A stretch of DNA of 64,000 nucleotides, from assembly GCA_013151035.1 (NCBI GenBank), contig JAADJB010000009.1, positions 338 to 64,337 of the forward strand, written 5' to 3'. Made by a program: the position numbers and the translations under genes. The stretch comes from Gammaproteobacteria bacterium. GTDB lineage: Bacteria > Pseudomonadota > Gammaproteobacteria > JAADJB01. Within the stretch, counting starts at the first letter, position 1. The number at the start of each line of letters is the position of its first letter. Positions 21,406 to 31,065 of the stretch are shown in pieces. The notes below the pieces were generated by a model. The model saw only the letters and a list, made by a program, of their open reading frames with translations. It searched no databases and was not told the origin of the DNA.

Positions 21406-22031
21406 ATATCGTCATCCTGACGGGCACTGCGTATCTTGTTACGCATCAAGCGTCGGCGTTGTATAACATTCACTGTAATCAATGCAAATAGAATCACCCC
21501 AAGAGCAATACCAATAATCCCCATTGATGTATCCTGTCCAATGGTCAGGGGGAAGTCGATAATATACGGCTCACCCCCAGCTTCAAATTTTGCCGTAATG
21601 ATATACTCACCATTTTTCTTGAATAAAAAACCCTGTCGATACACACCATCATAGACTGGCTGTACCCCCAGCATTTCTTCATTATCATCCTCAAACCATC
21701 CATTATTACGTACTGTAAAGGTAATATCACCATCAAAGGTATCACCATTATCAATCCGTGAAAGATACACATTCACCCGCCCGTTCTCACCTGGTTTTGG
21801 AAATGCAGGAAAAACCATATAGGTAATAAAATAGTCACCCATCTGGGTCTCCACCTGCATACTGGGCGGAGTATTGGAGTCTTCATTCAGACTATAGGCA
21901 GGACGACCAAGAACATGATGAGCTAATAATTCGGTAGAAATCAACAGCACTATCAATCCTGTAAAAATTGATTGCTCTATTATTTTATTCTTGGGAAAAA
22001 AACTGTTTATCATTAAGGTCCCCTTAAGCAT
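21402..22031 (-). CDS. Hypothetical exported protein with a C-terminal membrane anchor
   Basis: Signal-like region ending ELLA|HH; beta-rich middle; C-terminal TM helix and basic tail; overlaps both neighbours. Confidence 0.75.
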   Translation of the reverse strand: MLKGTLMINSFFPKNKIIEQSIFTGLIVLLISTELLAHHVLGRPAYSLNEDSNTPPSMQVETQMGDYFITYMVFPAFPKPGENGRVNVYLSRIDNGDTFDGDITFTVRNNGWFEDDNEEMLGVQPVYDGVYRQGFLFKKNGEYIITAKFEAGGEPYIIDFPLTIGQDTSMGIIGIALGVILFALITVNVIQRRRLMRNKIRSARQDDDI

Positions 22032-22635
22032 TATGTCTTGTTACCGTGCCCTGCACAGATTCAACAATCCTTATTGGTAAAGATGGGTGTGGGCAAACCT
22101 CTACACAAATCCCACAGCCAACACAACCATCCTCTTTTATATACGGTCTGTACATATTAGCAAATTCAAAGGCGATGGCTTTCTCCCCTAATGGACATAT
22201 ATTGACACACGCCCCGCAAATCCCTCGATCAACCCAGGGATAACAGGCTGTTCTATCAATTTGTGCAAGGCCCATATTAACTTCATGTATATCAATCTTT
22301 GTAATGGCATCTGTTGGACAAACATCCATACACTTCTGGCACAGGATACACGCCTTTAGCTCAGGATCTATATAGGGCGTATTAACCCCGTTACCACCCT
22401 CTCGTTTCTCGAACAGGATACACCGAGGCGGACAAACCTCCCCACAAAGCCCACATCCTATACAGGCTCTGATAAAATCATCCTCATTGACAAGAGCCCC
22501 CGGTGGGCGTAAATGATTCGAGAAATCAAACGTTGTAAGCGGAACCATTAATCGACCAATAGCATAAGGAACTGATGCCAGACCAAAGGTACTTGCTGCA
22601 ACAATCATTTTTTTTAAAAGATCACGTCGCCGCAT
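22024..22635 (-). CDS. NapG/MauM-like periplasmic polyferredoxin (second copy)
   Basis: Tat-like RRRDLLK; LRPPGA; four 4Fe-4S motifs. Confidence 0.85.
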   Translation of the reverse strand: MRRRDLLKKMIVAASTFGLASVPYAIGRLMVPLTTFDFSNHLRPPGALVNEDDFIRACIGCGLCGEVCPPRCILFEKREGGNGVNTPYIDPELKACILCQKCMDVCPTDAITKIDIHEVNMGLAQIDRTACYPWVDRGICGACVNICPLGEKAIAFEFANMYRPYIKEDGCVGCGICVEVCPHPSLPIRIVESVQGTVTRHNA

Positions 22636-23632
22636 CCTGTTTACCCTGTACCTGATTTAATCGGATATATTGCTTACCTAAATGTCCCGGCCCCTGATTA
22701 CCCTCATCCTTGATTTTCACCACAAAGGTCATTGCATCGGTTGGACAAACTGCGATACATGCCGTGCAATTATTACATTCTTGTCCAAAATCATCATGCA
22801 ACGGATCCAGACCAAACTCACATACCGCATTACATTTGGCACAATCGTTACAATTATCCACAATGCGTTTAATACGAAACATTCTGAATCGACCAAGCAG
22901 CGAGTAAAGTGCACCGCCAGGGCATATATAACGACAAAATCCACGCCGGGATACGAACAAATCAAATAATAAGGTTAAAATAAAGAACACCAACCCTGAG
23001 CCAAAACCGCCTAATGCAATTGCAAAATAAAGCTCACGACCAATAATTGCAGGAGGATAAATAATCGATATCAAAACCGAACCACTAATGACACAAAGCC
23101 CCAGGCCAATAGCGAGCACCAGATACTTCATGCGTCGATCAAGCTTTCTATGTCCTGCCCTGATACCAAGATCCTGTAACCATAGCGAAACAATTGTATT
23201 AAGCTCATAAAGAAAGTTAGCGGGACAAATCCAGCCACAAAAAAAACGTCCGAATACCACTGTAAATATAACCGGCACCAAGGCCGTTAAAACAAATGGC
23301 CAATAGATAGACATACTTGCGGCAAGCTGACCAATAACGGCCAAAGGATCTGATATTTGATAACCAAAGAAATTGCCTGACCATGTGGTACCTTTAATGG
23401 CATCCAGTTCCTGTGCAGGATCATCAACAAACGGCGAGGTAATTGCCTCCATAATATCAAATAGGAATTTCTCTGATTCATCGAGTAAATCATAGGAAAA
23501 TGAGGCTACAAAAGTTTGGTAAACATGTATAAAAGGTAGTAGAACAAGCATCAAAAAAACAATACTCAAAACGACCCAACGAAGCTTGTTAAGATGCCTC
23601 CAGAGAAAGAATGGCTTAATATTATTATTCAT
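22622..23632 (-). CDS. napH: NapH/MauN-type quinol dehydrogenase membrane subunit
   Basis: SDPLA, GRFFCGWICP, FCRYICPGGA, two 4Fe-4S motifs; start moved to MNNNIK. Confidence 0.9.
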   Translation of the reverse strand: MNNNIKPFFLWRHLNKLRWVVLSIVFLMLVLLPFIHVYQTFVASFSYDLLDESEKFLFDIMEAITSPFVDDPAQELDAIKGTTWSGNFFGYQISDPLAVIGQLAASMSIYWPFVLTALVPVIFTVVFGRFFCGWICPANFLYELNTIVSLWLQDLGIRAGHRKLDRRMKYLVLAIGLGLCVISGSVLISIIYPPAIIGRELYFAIALGGFGSGLVFFILTLLFDLFVSRRGFCRYICPGGALYSLLGRFRMFRIKRIVDNCNDCAKCNAVCEFGLDPLHDDFGQECNNCTACIAVCPTDAMTFVVKIKDEGNQGPGHLGKQYIRLNQVQGKQDAAT

Positions 23633-23636
23633 TCCC

Positions 23637-24233
23637 CTATACCGTCCTTCTAATGTGATCAGGGATAATCCTGATTGCCTGTGGTAATTGAATACATGAC
23701 CGTTCACACAGACCACAACCGACACAACCATCCAGCACATGGGGTTGCTCAAGCATACCTACCCTTATCGCTACATCCTGCAATGGACAGGCTCGATAAC
23801 AAACACCACAGGTCTTTCCCTGATAGGATAAACACAGACTTTTTTCAACGCGAGCCTTACCCATTCGTACATAACCAAGGATATCTTCCGCAGTTCGTTC
23901 AAGTGGCTTTATAGCACCCGTCGGGCATACATCACCACATTTCATACAAAGGATACAGGCCTTGGTACGTGGGATAATATAAGGCGTATTAAGAGACTTG
24001 ACTCCATTCTCCAGATTGAAATATTCAATACAACGATTAGGACAAACCTCACTGCATTGACCACAACGAATACAGCGGCTTTCAAATATATCTTCTGGCA
24101 ATGACCCCGGAGGCCGTAGAAACCTCAACCCTGTTTGCTGTGAAAAAGCGGCCTCAAGTAAAGATGACTTCAACACAGTGCTTGCTACCGCACCGGCAAT
24201 AAGCTCTTTAAAAAACTTTCGTCTTTCCATCAA
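23637..24233 (-). CDS. napG: NapG/MauM-like periplasmic polyferredoxin
   Basis: Tat ERRKFFK; LRPPG; CIRCGQC, TPYIIPR, CGVCYRACP. Confidence 0.88.
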   Translation of the reverse strand: MMERRKFFKELIAGAVASTVLKSSLLEAAFSQQTGLRFLRPPGSLPEDIFESRCIRCGQCSEVCPNRCIEYFNLENGVKSLNTPYIIPRTKACILCMKCGDVCPTGAIKPLERTAEDILGYVRMGKARVEKSLCLSYQGKTCGVCYRACPLQDVAIRVGMLEQPHVLDGCVGCGLCERSCIQLPQAIRIIPDHIRRTV

Positions 24234-24250
24234 TTAATCACTGTTACCCA

Positions 24251-24311
24251 CATGAACACCGGTATCGAACCTACATGGATGTATTCACGGCATGTCTCTG
24301 ATAAAGATGAG
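24251..24311. repeat. Degenerate copy of the palindromic MITE-like element at 58282
   Basis: CCTACATGGATGTATTCACGGCATGTCTCTGATAAAGATGAG aligns by eye with the 58282 element. Confidence 0.75.
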
Positions 24312-24334
24312 TGATCCATGCCTTGAACTCATCA

Positions 24335-27031
24335 TCAAACCTTCTCAATTCGACAGGCCAGTTTCTTGAAATCCACCTGACCCGATACAGGATCAAAGAC
24401 ACGACTGGAAACTGCATTTACTAACCATTTGTTTTTCTTCGGATCAGCACTATCTGCTACCGACAGATTCCATGGGCTAAATAAATACCCTCTTGGCACC
24501 GAGTTTCGTGCCGGTTTAACAATACTATTACTACCAACCTGAGCGCGTGCCTGATAATGACCACGACGAGTAATAAGGCGCACTTGATCACCATCCTTTA
24601 TACCCAACACCCCGGCATCATCAGGATGCATCTCTACATACATCTCGGGAACCAAACGACGTGTCGTTGGACTACGGTTGGATTTCGCGGTATGGAAATG
24701 TTCATATACGACACCGAGTCCTAACCAGTAAGGATATTGGTCTTTTGGAATATCCTCCCAGTTCTTGTCTCGATGTTCTTCATCAGGAAGATCCGGTGTT
24801 AAGGCCATATCACGCGCTTGCTTCATCAAATCAAGATTATCAATAACGTAATGATCCTTCTTGACACCAAACTCCATCAGTTTCCTGGTAACTTCCTTAC
24901 GTTGACTGTAATCCTGCTTGCACAATTTAATATGCACCTTGCCATCATTGGTACGGAAATAACCATAAGGCTTGGATTCCCATACCCCTTCCTGCCCCAT
25001 ATAACGACGTTTTGCACCCCCTTCTTTTGCAATACTATACGTTGGTGCAGGCCACTGAATACCACGCAGATTAATTAACTGCTGGTACAAACCGATACCA
25101 TCAATCTTCTCAACCTCCAACATACCCGTAAGGTCAGTATCCGTCCCCCCGGAGGCCTCTACAACAGAACGGAAGATCTGCTCGGAATCGTAGAATCCTT
25201 TATCATTCCTACCCCACGGGAAGATCTTGTCACCATCCAGACCCAGAAGATCGGCGATCTCCTTACCCTTATCAATGACCATATCCATATCAGGCAGACA
25301 ACCTGGAGGTGGTGTCCCTCCCGCCTGACAGATATTAATTCGACGTTCAGAGCTAATATAAACACCCTCAACCTCACCCCAGGTCGCTGCAGGGAAGATC
25401 ACATCAGCAAATAGATTATTGGGTGCATGACGATAGATTTCCTGCACCACATTAAATGATTTCATCAATCCAGGACGAACAAGATTATGTTGATCCGGTA
25501 AATCAATATGGGTGGCATAGACCAGAAACATTGCCTTGATTTCACCCTTGTTTGCACGTTCCATCATACCAATGGCCATACCCCTGTTATCACCGTTCAT
25601 TGCAGTAATCAGGTTCTTTTCTGGCACACCCCAGGCCTTTGCCATATGTTTACGATGCTTCTCATCCTTTAGTGGCAAATTAAAGGGTAGACGCCCGGTT
25701 AAACCACCCGTAAAACGCTCACCCATAGCATTAGGCTGCCCTGTCATTGAAAAAGGTCCACAACCTGGTTTTGCCAGATTACCCGTTAGCGTTAACAAAT
25801 TAATAATGGAAATAACATTGTTCTGCCCATGAATATGTTGGTTATAACCAATACCCCACATGATGATAACGCCACCATAACCATCACCAGATTGATCCAT
25901 CTTGCTTCTCGCCAGACGTTTACGGGTTGCATCCGCAAACATACCCGCTACTTTACGAATCAGCTCTGGGGTAACTTTATCAGTACCCATACGATCCTGA
26001 ACCTGCTCAGGGCTATAGCTCTTCTTCACTTCTTTAACATATTCCTTCCAGCCGGTGGAATGCTGCTTGACAAAACCCCAATCAATCACATCATCATGAT
26101 CATTCAATAACACATGAGCGATAGAATTTAATAAGCTGATATCACCATTCAGAACAGGAAGATGCACGTGGTTTTTCGGATTAATATCAGCATAACCCTG
26201 GCTTGAACCCGTCCAACGTGGATCAACAATGACGGTAGGAATATCTGTCTTCTTCTTATAATCCGCAATACGCCAATAAATGATAGGATGGGACTCTCGC
26301 GCGTTATGACCAAAATGCATAATCATATCGCTCATCTCCAGATCTTCATAAGCCAGCGGTGGCGTATCAGAACCCAGGGTGGCAAAATAACCTGTTACCG
26401 CCGAGGTCATACACATACGAGCATTGGCTTCAATAGTATTGGAACCCAGAACACCCTTCATAAATAAATTTTCGAGATACTGCCCTTCCATAGTCAACTG
26501 ACCTGAGCCATACAATGCAATCGAGTTACCGCCATATTTTTTGGCAAAATAAGCTACTTTATGTGCCACCATATTAGACGCATCATGATATGGCACACGA
26601 ACAAATAACTCTTCATCAAAGGCATTTTTGGTCTTACTGATAAAGTCCATATCACCATGATCAGGCTTATTCCATTCTTCCCACACATCTTTTCGCACGT
26701 ACGAATCACCTTCCATACGATCAACGTAGATAGGCTCCGCAGCCGTTAAACCCTTAATACACTGAAGACCATAATTGGTTGGATGATCCTTATCAGGACG
26801 CATGGAAACAATCCGACCATTCTCGGATATAATCACCGTTCCACAACCCACGCCACAATATGGACACTGTGCCAGTGCCGTTGTCCGTTTGGTTGAAGAA
26901 CTATCTGGATTTGTTGCCGCCTCCAGCTCAGGATTATCACCGACAAACAAACCGGCACCGGCAGCTGAACCTGTAATAAAGGTGCTATTCTTTATAAATT
27001 CACGTCTGGAAATATCTTTGCTACGTTTCAT
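24335..27031 (-). CDS. napA: Tat-exported Mo-bisPGD oxidoreductase of the nitrate reductase (NapA/NasA) family, divergent
   Basis: SRREFIK Tat motif; CPYCGVGC...CIKG 4Fe-4S motif; GSGQ; NARMCM (Mo-ligand Cys); GQPNAMG; DPVSGQVDFKK. Confidence 0.8.
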   Translation of the reverse strand: MKRSKDISRREFIKNSTFITGSAAGAGLFVGDNPELEAATNPDSSSTKRTTALAQCPYCGVGCGTVIISENGRIVSMRPDKDHPTNYGLQCIKGLTAAEPIYVDRMEGDSYVRKDVWEEWNKPDHGDMDFISKTKNAFDEELFVRVPYHDASNMVAHKVAYFAKKYGGNSIALYGSGQLTMEGQYLENLFMKGVLGSNTIEANARMCMTSAVTGYFATLGSDTPPLAYEDLEMSDMIMHFGHNARESHPIIYWRIADYKKKTDIPTVIVDPRWTGSSQGYADINPKNHVHLPVLNGDISLLNSIAHVLLNDHDDVIDWGFVKQHSTGWKEYVKEVKKSYSPEQVQDRMGTDKVTPELIRKVAGMFADATRKRLARSKMDQSGDGYGGVIIMWGIGYNQHIHGQNNVISIINLLTLTGNLAKPGCGPFSMTGQPNAMGERFTGGLTGRLPFNLPLKDEKHRKHMAKAWGVPEKNLITAMNGDNRGMAIGMMERANKGEIKAMFLVYATHIDLPDQHNLVRPGLMKSFNVVQEIYRHAPNNLFADVIFPAATWGEVEGVYISSERRINICQAGGTPPPGCLPDMDMVIDKGKEIADLLGLDGDKIFPWGRNDKGFYDSEQIFRSVVEASGGTDTDLTGMLEVEKIDGIGLYQQLINLRGIQWPAPTYSIAKEGGAKRRYMGQEGVWESKPYGYFRTNDGKVHIKLCKQDYSQRKEVTRKLMEFGVKKDHYVIDNLDLMKQARDMALTPDLPDEEHRDKNWEDIPKDQYPYWLGLGVVYEHFHTAKSNRSPTTRRLVPEMYVEMHPDDAGVLGIKDGDQVRLITRRGHYQARAQVGSNSIVKPARNSVPRGYLFSPWNLSVADSADPKKNKWLVNAVSSRVFDPVSGQVDFKKLACRIEKV

Positions 27032-27091
27032 AATATTTTATTCCCGTAAAATAATGTTTTGTATATTATCATGCTTAATAAACAGCGATGC

Positions 27092-27754
27092 TTATCTAGC
27101 GGTACGATTACTTGGTTTTAAACTACGCAAGAAAGAGATAATGTCATCAATTTCGGAATCGCTCAGATTAGCCAAACCTTCCGTCCCCGAAAAACCACGC
27201 ATACGCGTATTGGATCGACCCTTTTTGATGGTTTCACGAATAAAACCATCTGATACCTTGTTCAGGAATCCAGCTCGACCAATTGCAGGGCCCACAACAC
27301 CCGCGGCATAGCCCTCACCATTCACACCATGGCAGCTTTCACATATCTCCTCAAACCACAAATCACCCTTGCGTGCATCACCGTAGGAATCAGGCTGCGC
27401 ATCAATTTCTTTGGAATGATTAGGCCCTTTTTCATGTGCCCGCAGATAGGCTACAACGGCTGTTATCTTCTTTTTGCCCAGATGTGCAAATGGAGGCATA
27501 CCGGTACCTACACGGCCATCTCTGATAGTTGACATAAAGAACCTGTCAGAAGCAACTCTGAGTAATTCCTTATTGGTCAGGGAGGGCGCAAAACCAGGTT
27601 TACCAATAGCATCAGCCTGATGACAGGCCATGCAGTTCATATCGAATATCTGCTTACCTTCCTGTACAATATTTGAAGCCGCGTACCCCATTAAGCTGAC
27701 AACAAACAGCGCGATACCAATCACCCCATTAATAAAATGTTTGTGACGCATCAT
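27092..27754 (-). CDS. Periplasmic dihaem class I cytochrome c (c4/CcoP-like, not NapB)
   Basis: Sec signal; CMACH...GMPPF and CESCH...MRGF, consistent with His/Met ligation. Confidence 0.88.
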   Translation of the reverse strand: MMRHKHFINGVIGIALFVVSLMGYAASNIVQEGKQIFDMNCMACHQADAIGKPGFAPSLTNKELLRVASDRFFMSTIRDGRVGTGMPPFAHLGKKKITAVVAYLRAHEKGPNHSKEIDAQPDSYGDARKGDLWFEEICESCHGVNGEGYAAGVVGPAIGRAGFLNKVSDGFIRETIKKGRSNTRMRGFSGTEGLANLSDSEIDDIISFLRSLKPSNRTAR

Positions 27755-27869
27755 AGCTATCCCCTTTATAGTTAATTAATATTCACTGGTATGAGTAATG
27801 GTTATATAGCAGCCGAACACGCATGTCCATCCTGTTCTCATAAAGTAAAGACACGTAATTTCATCTATC

Positions 27870-27885
27870 TACCACCAAAGTAGTA
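27870..27885. promoter_or_regulatory. NarL/NarP 7-2-7 binding site
   Basis: TACCACC-AA-AGTAGTA, inverted TACYNMT heptamers with one mismatch, between the reductase operon and narXL. Confidence 0.65.
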
Positions 27886-28031
27886 GATCATAAAACAAGA
27901 TAACCAATTGAAAAAAATAGTTATTTTTATATATTAAGAAAATTATTATAGAAACAAAAAGATCAATATATTCATTGGTAGTATCTGTATTTTATCGCTT
28001 AACTGAACAATTAAAGATACAATAAAAAACC

Positions 28032-29972
28032 ATGAACCTACGTTTACAGCATTCATTATTAACAAGCATGGGTATTGTTATGATAACAATTACCCTGCTG
28101 GCCTTTGCCAGCATGGCAGCATCATTATTTATTACCAATACTACAGAAGGCCTGGCTACCGCCATTAATGAATCGGGCACCTTACGCATGAGCTCCTACC
28201 GAATAGCAAATGAGCTTATACATAACACAGTAGATAATCGTGAACATTGGATAAAAACACATCAGCTTATTACTGAATTTGAAAAACACCTATCTAATTT
28301 CAATCTAAATAGCGTGCGCCCCAATGAGAAACATCACCACTTACACACAGGATATGCACAAACTGAGAAACAGTGGGTAGAAGAAATAAGACCATTGTTT
28401 GACACTTATCTAGATGGGATTATGGACATCCAGACAGCAGGTAACGCAGGAATGGATATGTCCATTAGTGAGGCTGCGGTTACTAATCTACGTAATCGCT
28501 ACTTTATGATCGCGCCCGATTTTGTTGCCAACATTGACAATCTTGTTGCACTGCTGGAACAAGATGCAAAAATAAAAATTAAACGCTTACGCAATTTTCA
28601 GTTCATTGTATTAATACTGACCATAATACTGGTTTTAATTGCTCTTGTTCTTATCTATAGCCGCATACAAAAACCATTAAAACAACTACTTACAGGGGCA
28701 GAAAAAGCCCGGAATGGGGACTTTTCATTTCGTTCAACCTATACGGGCAAGGATGAATTAGGACAACTGGGATCAGCCTTCAATTCCATGGCTGAAGATC
28801 TTTCAAAGATTTATACAGAGTTGGAAGAACGCGTACAACAGAAAACCATTGATCTAGAGCAAAGCAATCTATCATTAGAACTCCTCTATAAAACCGTTAA
28901 CCGCTTAAATGAAGCTGAATCTCTGAACACAACGTATCCGATAATTCTGGAGGATATAGAGAAACTACCCGGCATTGGTAAAGGTGCCATTTGTCTGAAT
29001 AATAATAAAAAAGAGAATGCTACTATGTTGGCTTCAACCTTGCCTATAGATGATCTTGTCACACAATTATGCGAAGAAACCAATTGCAGACAATGCCTGA
29101 CAGGTAAAAAAAATCATTTAATAAATATTACTGACAACAATAAAAATAAAAAACAACTACTCACTATACCTATTCAAGACCAGACCCAACAATATGGTGT
29201 TTTAATAATAGAGCAAACCAATAACAAACCTGTTACACCCTGGCAACAGCAATTACTTGAAAATATTACCAATCATATCGGGATAGCCATTAAACTCTCA
29301 CAACAATCAGCAGAAACCCGTCGACTGGCCTTAATTGAAGAACGTGGTGCCATCGCACGGGAATTACATGATTCCCTGGCACAATCACTAACCTTTATGA
29401 AGATCCAGGTAAGCCGCCTACAGGCAATATCTGAAAAATCTTCTAATAATCCCGAGGAAATAAATATTATTTCTGAATTACGTATTGGGCTTAATAGCGC
29501 CTATCGTGAATTACGCGAGTTATTAACCACCTTCCGTCTAAAAATTGATGGCAATGACTTCAATGACACATTACATAAGACCGTCCTTGAATTTAATGAT
29601 CGTAGTGAAACAAACATAAGTTGCGATAGTAAAATCACTTATTTCGACCTAAGCCCTAATGAAGAAATACATATACTCCAACTAATACGTGAAGCGCTAT
29701 CAAATATCATTCAACATGCCCATGCCTCCAGAGCCTTTCTCCTCATACAATATAATTCTGTTGGTGACATACAGATAATTATCGAAGATAACGGCATAGG
29801 AATCGATAAAGAACAATCAAAAACACATCATTATGGACTAAGCATAATGAAAGAACGCGCTAAAACACTGGATGGCACATTTGAAATAATCAATAATCAA
29901 GACACTGGAACCGAGGTTAAATTAACATTCACACCAATAAACAAGGCAACCCCTGTACAGATCAATGAATAA
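28032..29972 (+). CDS. narX: Nitrate/nitrite sensor histidine kinase (NarX/NarQ)
   Basis: P-box AINESGTLRMSSYR; HAMP; Cys cluster CEETNCRQC; ARELHDSLAQ; HYGLSIMKERA. Confidence 0.92.
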   Translation: MNLRLQHSLLTSMGIVMITITLLAFASMAASLFITNTTEGLATAINESGTLRMSSYRIANELIHNTVDNREHWIKTHQLITEFEKHLSNFNLNSVRPNEKHHHLHTGYAQTEKQWVEEIRPLFDTYLDGIMDIQTAGNAGMDMSISEAAVTNLRNRYFMIAPDFVANIDNLVALLEQDAKIKIKRLRNFQFIVLILTIILVLIALVLIYSRIQKPLKQLLTGAEKARNGDFSFRSTYTGKDELGQLGSAFNSMAEDLSKIYTELEERVQQKTIDLEQSNLSLELLYKTVNRLNEAESLNTTYPIILEDIEKLPGIGKGAICLNNNKKENATMLASTLPIDDLVTQLCEETNCRQCLTGKKNHLINITDNNKNKKQLLTIPIQDQTQQYGVLIIEQTNNKPVTPWQQQLLENITNHIGIAIKLSQQSAETRRLALIEERGAIARELHDSLAQSLTFMKIQVSRLQAISEKSSNNPEEINIISELRIGLNSAYRELRELLTTFRLKIDGNDFNDTLHKTVLEFNDRSETNISCDSKITYFDLSPNEEIHILQLIREALSNIIQHAHASRAFLLIQYNSVGDIQIIIEDNGIGIDKEQSKTHHYGLSIMKERAKTLDGTFEIINNQDTGTEVKLTFTPINKATPVQINE

Positions 29973-30624
29973 AATAATTACAATTCTGGTTATTGATGAT
30001 CATCCTCTGATTCGAAGAGGCATCCGAGACCTGGTGTCCATGGATAATTCTTTTGAGGTGGTTGCCGATGCCGATAATGGCCTTAGTGGTATCGAGCTGG
30101 CAAAATCACTACAACCTGACATTATCCTGCTTGACTTTAACATGGACAAGATGAATGGACTGGAAACACTAAAAGCAATAAAGGCTGCAAACATTAATAG
30201 CCGGGTTATTATATTAACCGTATCAGATAATGAAAAAAATGTAGTTGAAACCTTACGAGCAGGTGCAGATGGCTATCTCCTGAAGGACATGGAACCGGAA
30301 GATATGCTACAACGACTGCACCAGGTTGTTAATGGGCATATTATACTTAGCCAGAAGGTATCTGAATTAATTGTCCGTGGATTACATAAAGAATCCAGTA
30401 TAAAAGCACGAGAAAAAACAGAACTAACCCAGCGTGAAGAGCAGATTTTATCTCTTGTTGCAAAAGGCCTCAGCAACAAAGTCATTGCCCGACAACTCAA
30501 TATTGTTGAATCCACAGTCAAGGTTCATGTAAAAAATATACTACGAAAATTAAATCTTCATAGTCGGGTTGAGGCAGCAGTATGGGTAGTGGAACAAAAA
30601 GCAAAAAAAAACCAGGGGAACTAG
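29965..30624 (+). CDS. narL: NarL/NarP family response regulator
   Basis: DDHPLIRRG, LTVSD, GADGYLLKDMEPE, LuxR HTH with TVKVHVK. Confidence 0.93.
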   Translation: MNKIITILVIDDHPLIRRGIRDLVSMDNSFEVVADADNGLSGIELAKSLQPDIILLDFNMDKMNGLETLKAIKAANINSRVIILTVSDNEKNVVETLRAGADGYLLKDMEPEDMLQRLHQVVNGHIILSQKVSELIVRGLHKESSIKAREKTELTQREEQILSLVAKGLSNKVIARQLNIVESTVKVHVKNILRKLNLHSRVEAAVWVVEQKAKKNQGN

Positions 30625-30635
30625 AGATGCTTTGA

Positions 30636-31046
30636 TCAACTCCCAGGAAAAACCGTCACCAATAATTGATCTGTTTGTATCGGATCAGAGATAAGCCATT
30701 CATCATTGTCTTTTACATAAGGGTAAACAAATAATACTGATGACATCGCTGTTTCAATCTGTAAACCAACCCCTTTTTCATCACCTGCCTCAAGGTCAGT
30801 AACCAGTGCTGTAGCAAAAACATCCTCATTAACAACAAACTCCTTCAGCTCGGCAACAATATAATCAACCTGTAAATCCATATTATCCTCAGGGTTCTTG
30901 TCAGCGGGACAATTCATTTTTAGATCATTGGAGTCATTAAATGACCTGATACCAAAAGGCACAACCAGACCATACTCATCCAGCATTGCCTTTGCCGTAT
31001 CAATACACGTTAATACCAACTGCTCAATTTTTTTATCCTGATCCAA
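30636..31046 (-). CDS. Hypothetical protein
   Basis: 136 aa acidic ORF with a GAGGG RBS, directly downstream of the DUF255 gene; start codon uncertain. Confidence 0.6.
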   Translation of the reverse strand: MDQDKKIEQLVLTCIDTAKAMLDEYGLVVPFGIRSFNDSNDLKMNCPADKNPEDNMDLQVDYIVAELKEFVVNEDVFATALVTDLEAGDEKGVGLQIETAMSSVLFVYPYVKDNDEWLISDPIQTDQLLVTVFPGS

Positions 31047-31065
31047 TTAATTAACCCTCATTTTT

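Noticed and set aside
23633-23752. N-terminal extension of napH
   Set aside because: It overlaps napG in another frame; MNNNIK at 23632 is the plausible start
24335-27031. Arsenite oxidase, iodate reductase, formate dehydrogenase or NarG-type identity for the molybdoenzyme
   Set aside because: It has a four-Cys 4Fe-4S motif and Cys-Met at the Mo ligand (Fdh has Cys/Sec-His); no Rieske subunit, peroxidases or NarH/NarI are present; narXL is adjacent
27890-27970. FNR box upstream of the reductase operon or narX
   Set aside because: Only isolated half-sites in AT-rich DNA, without correct spacing
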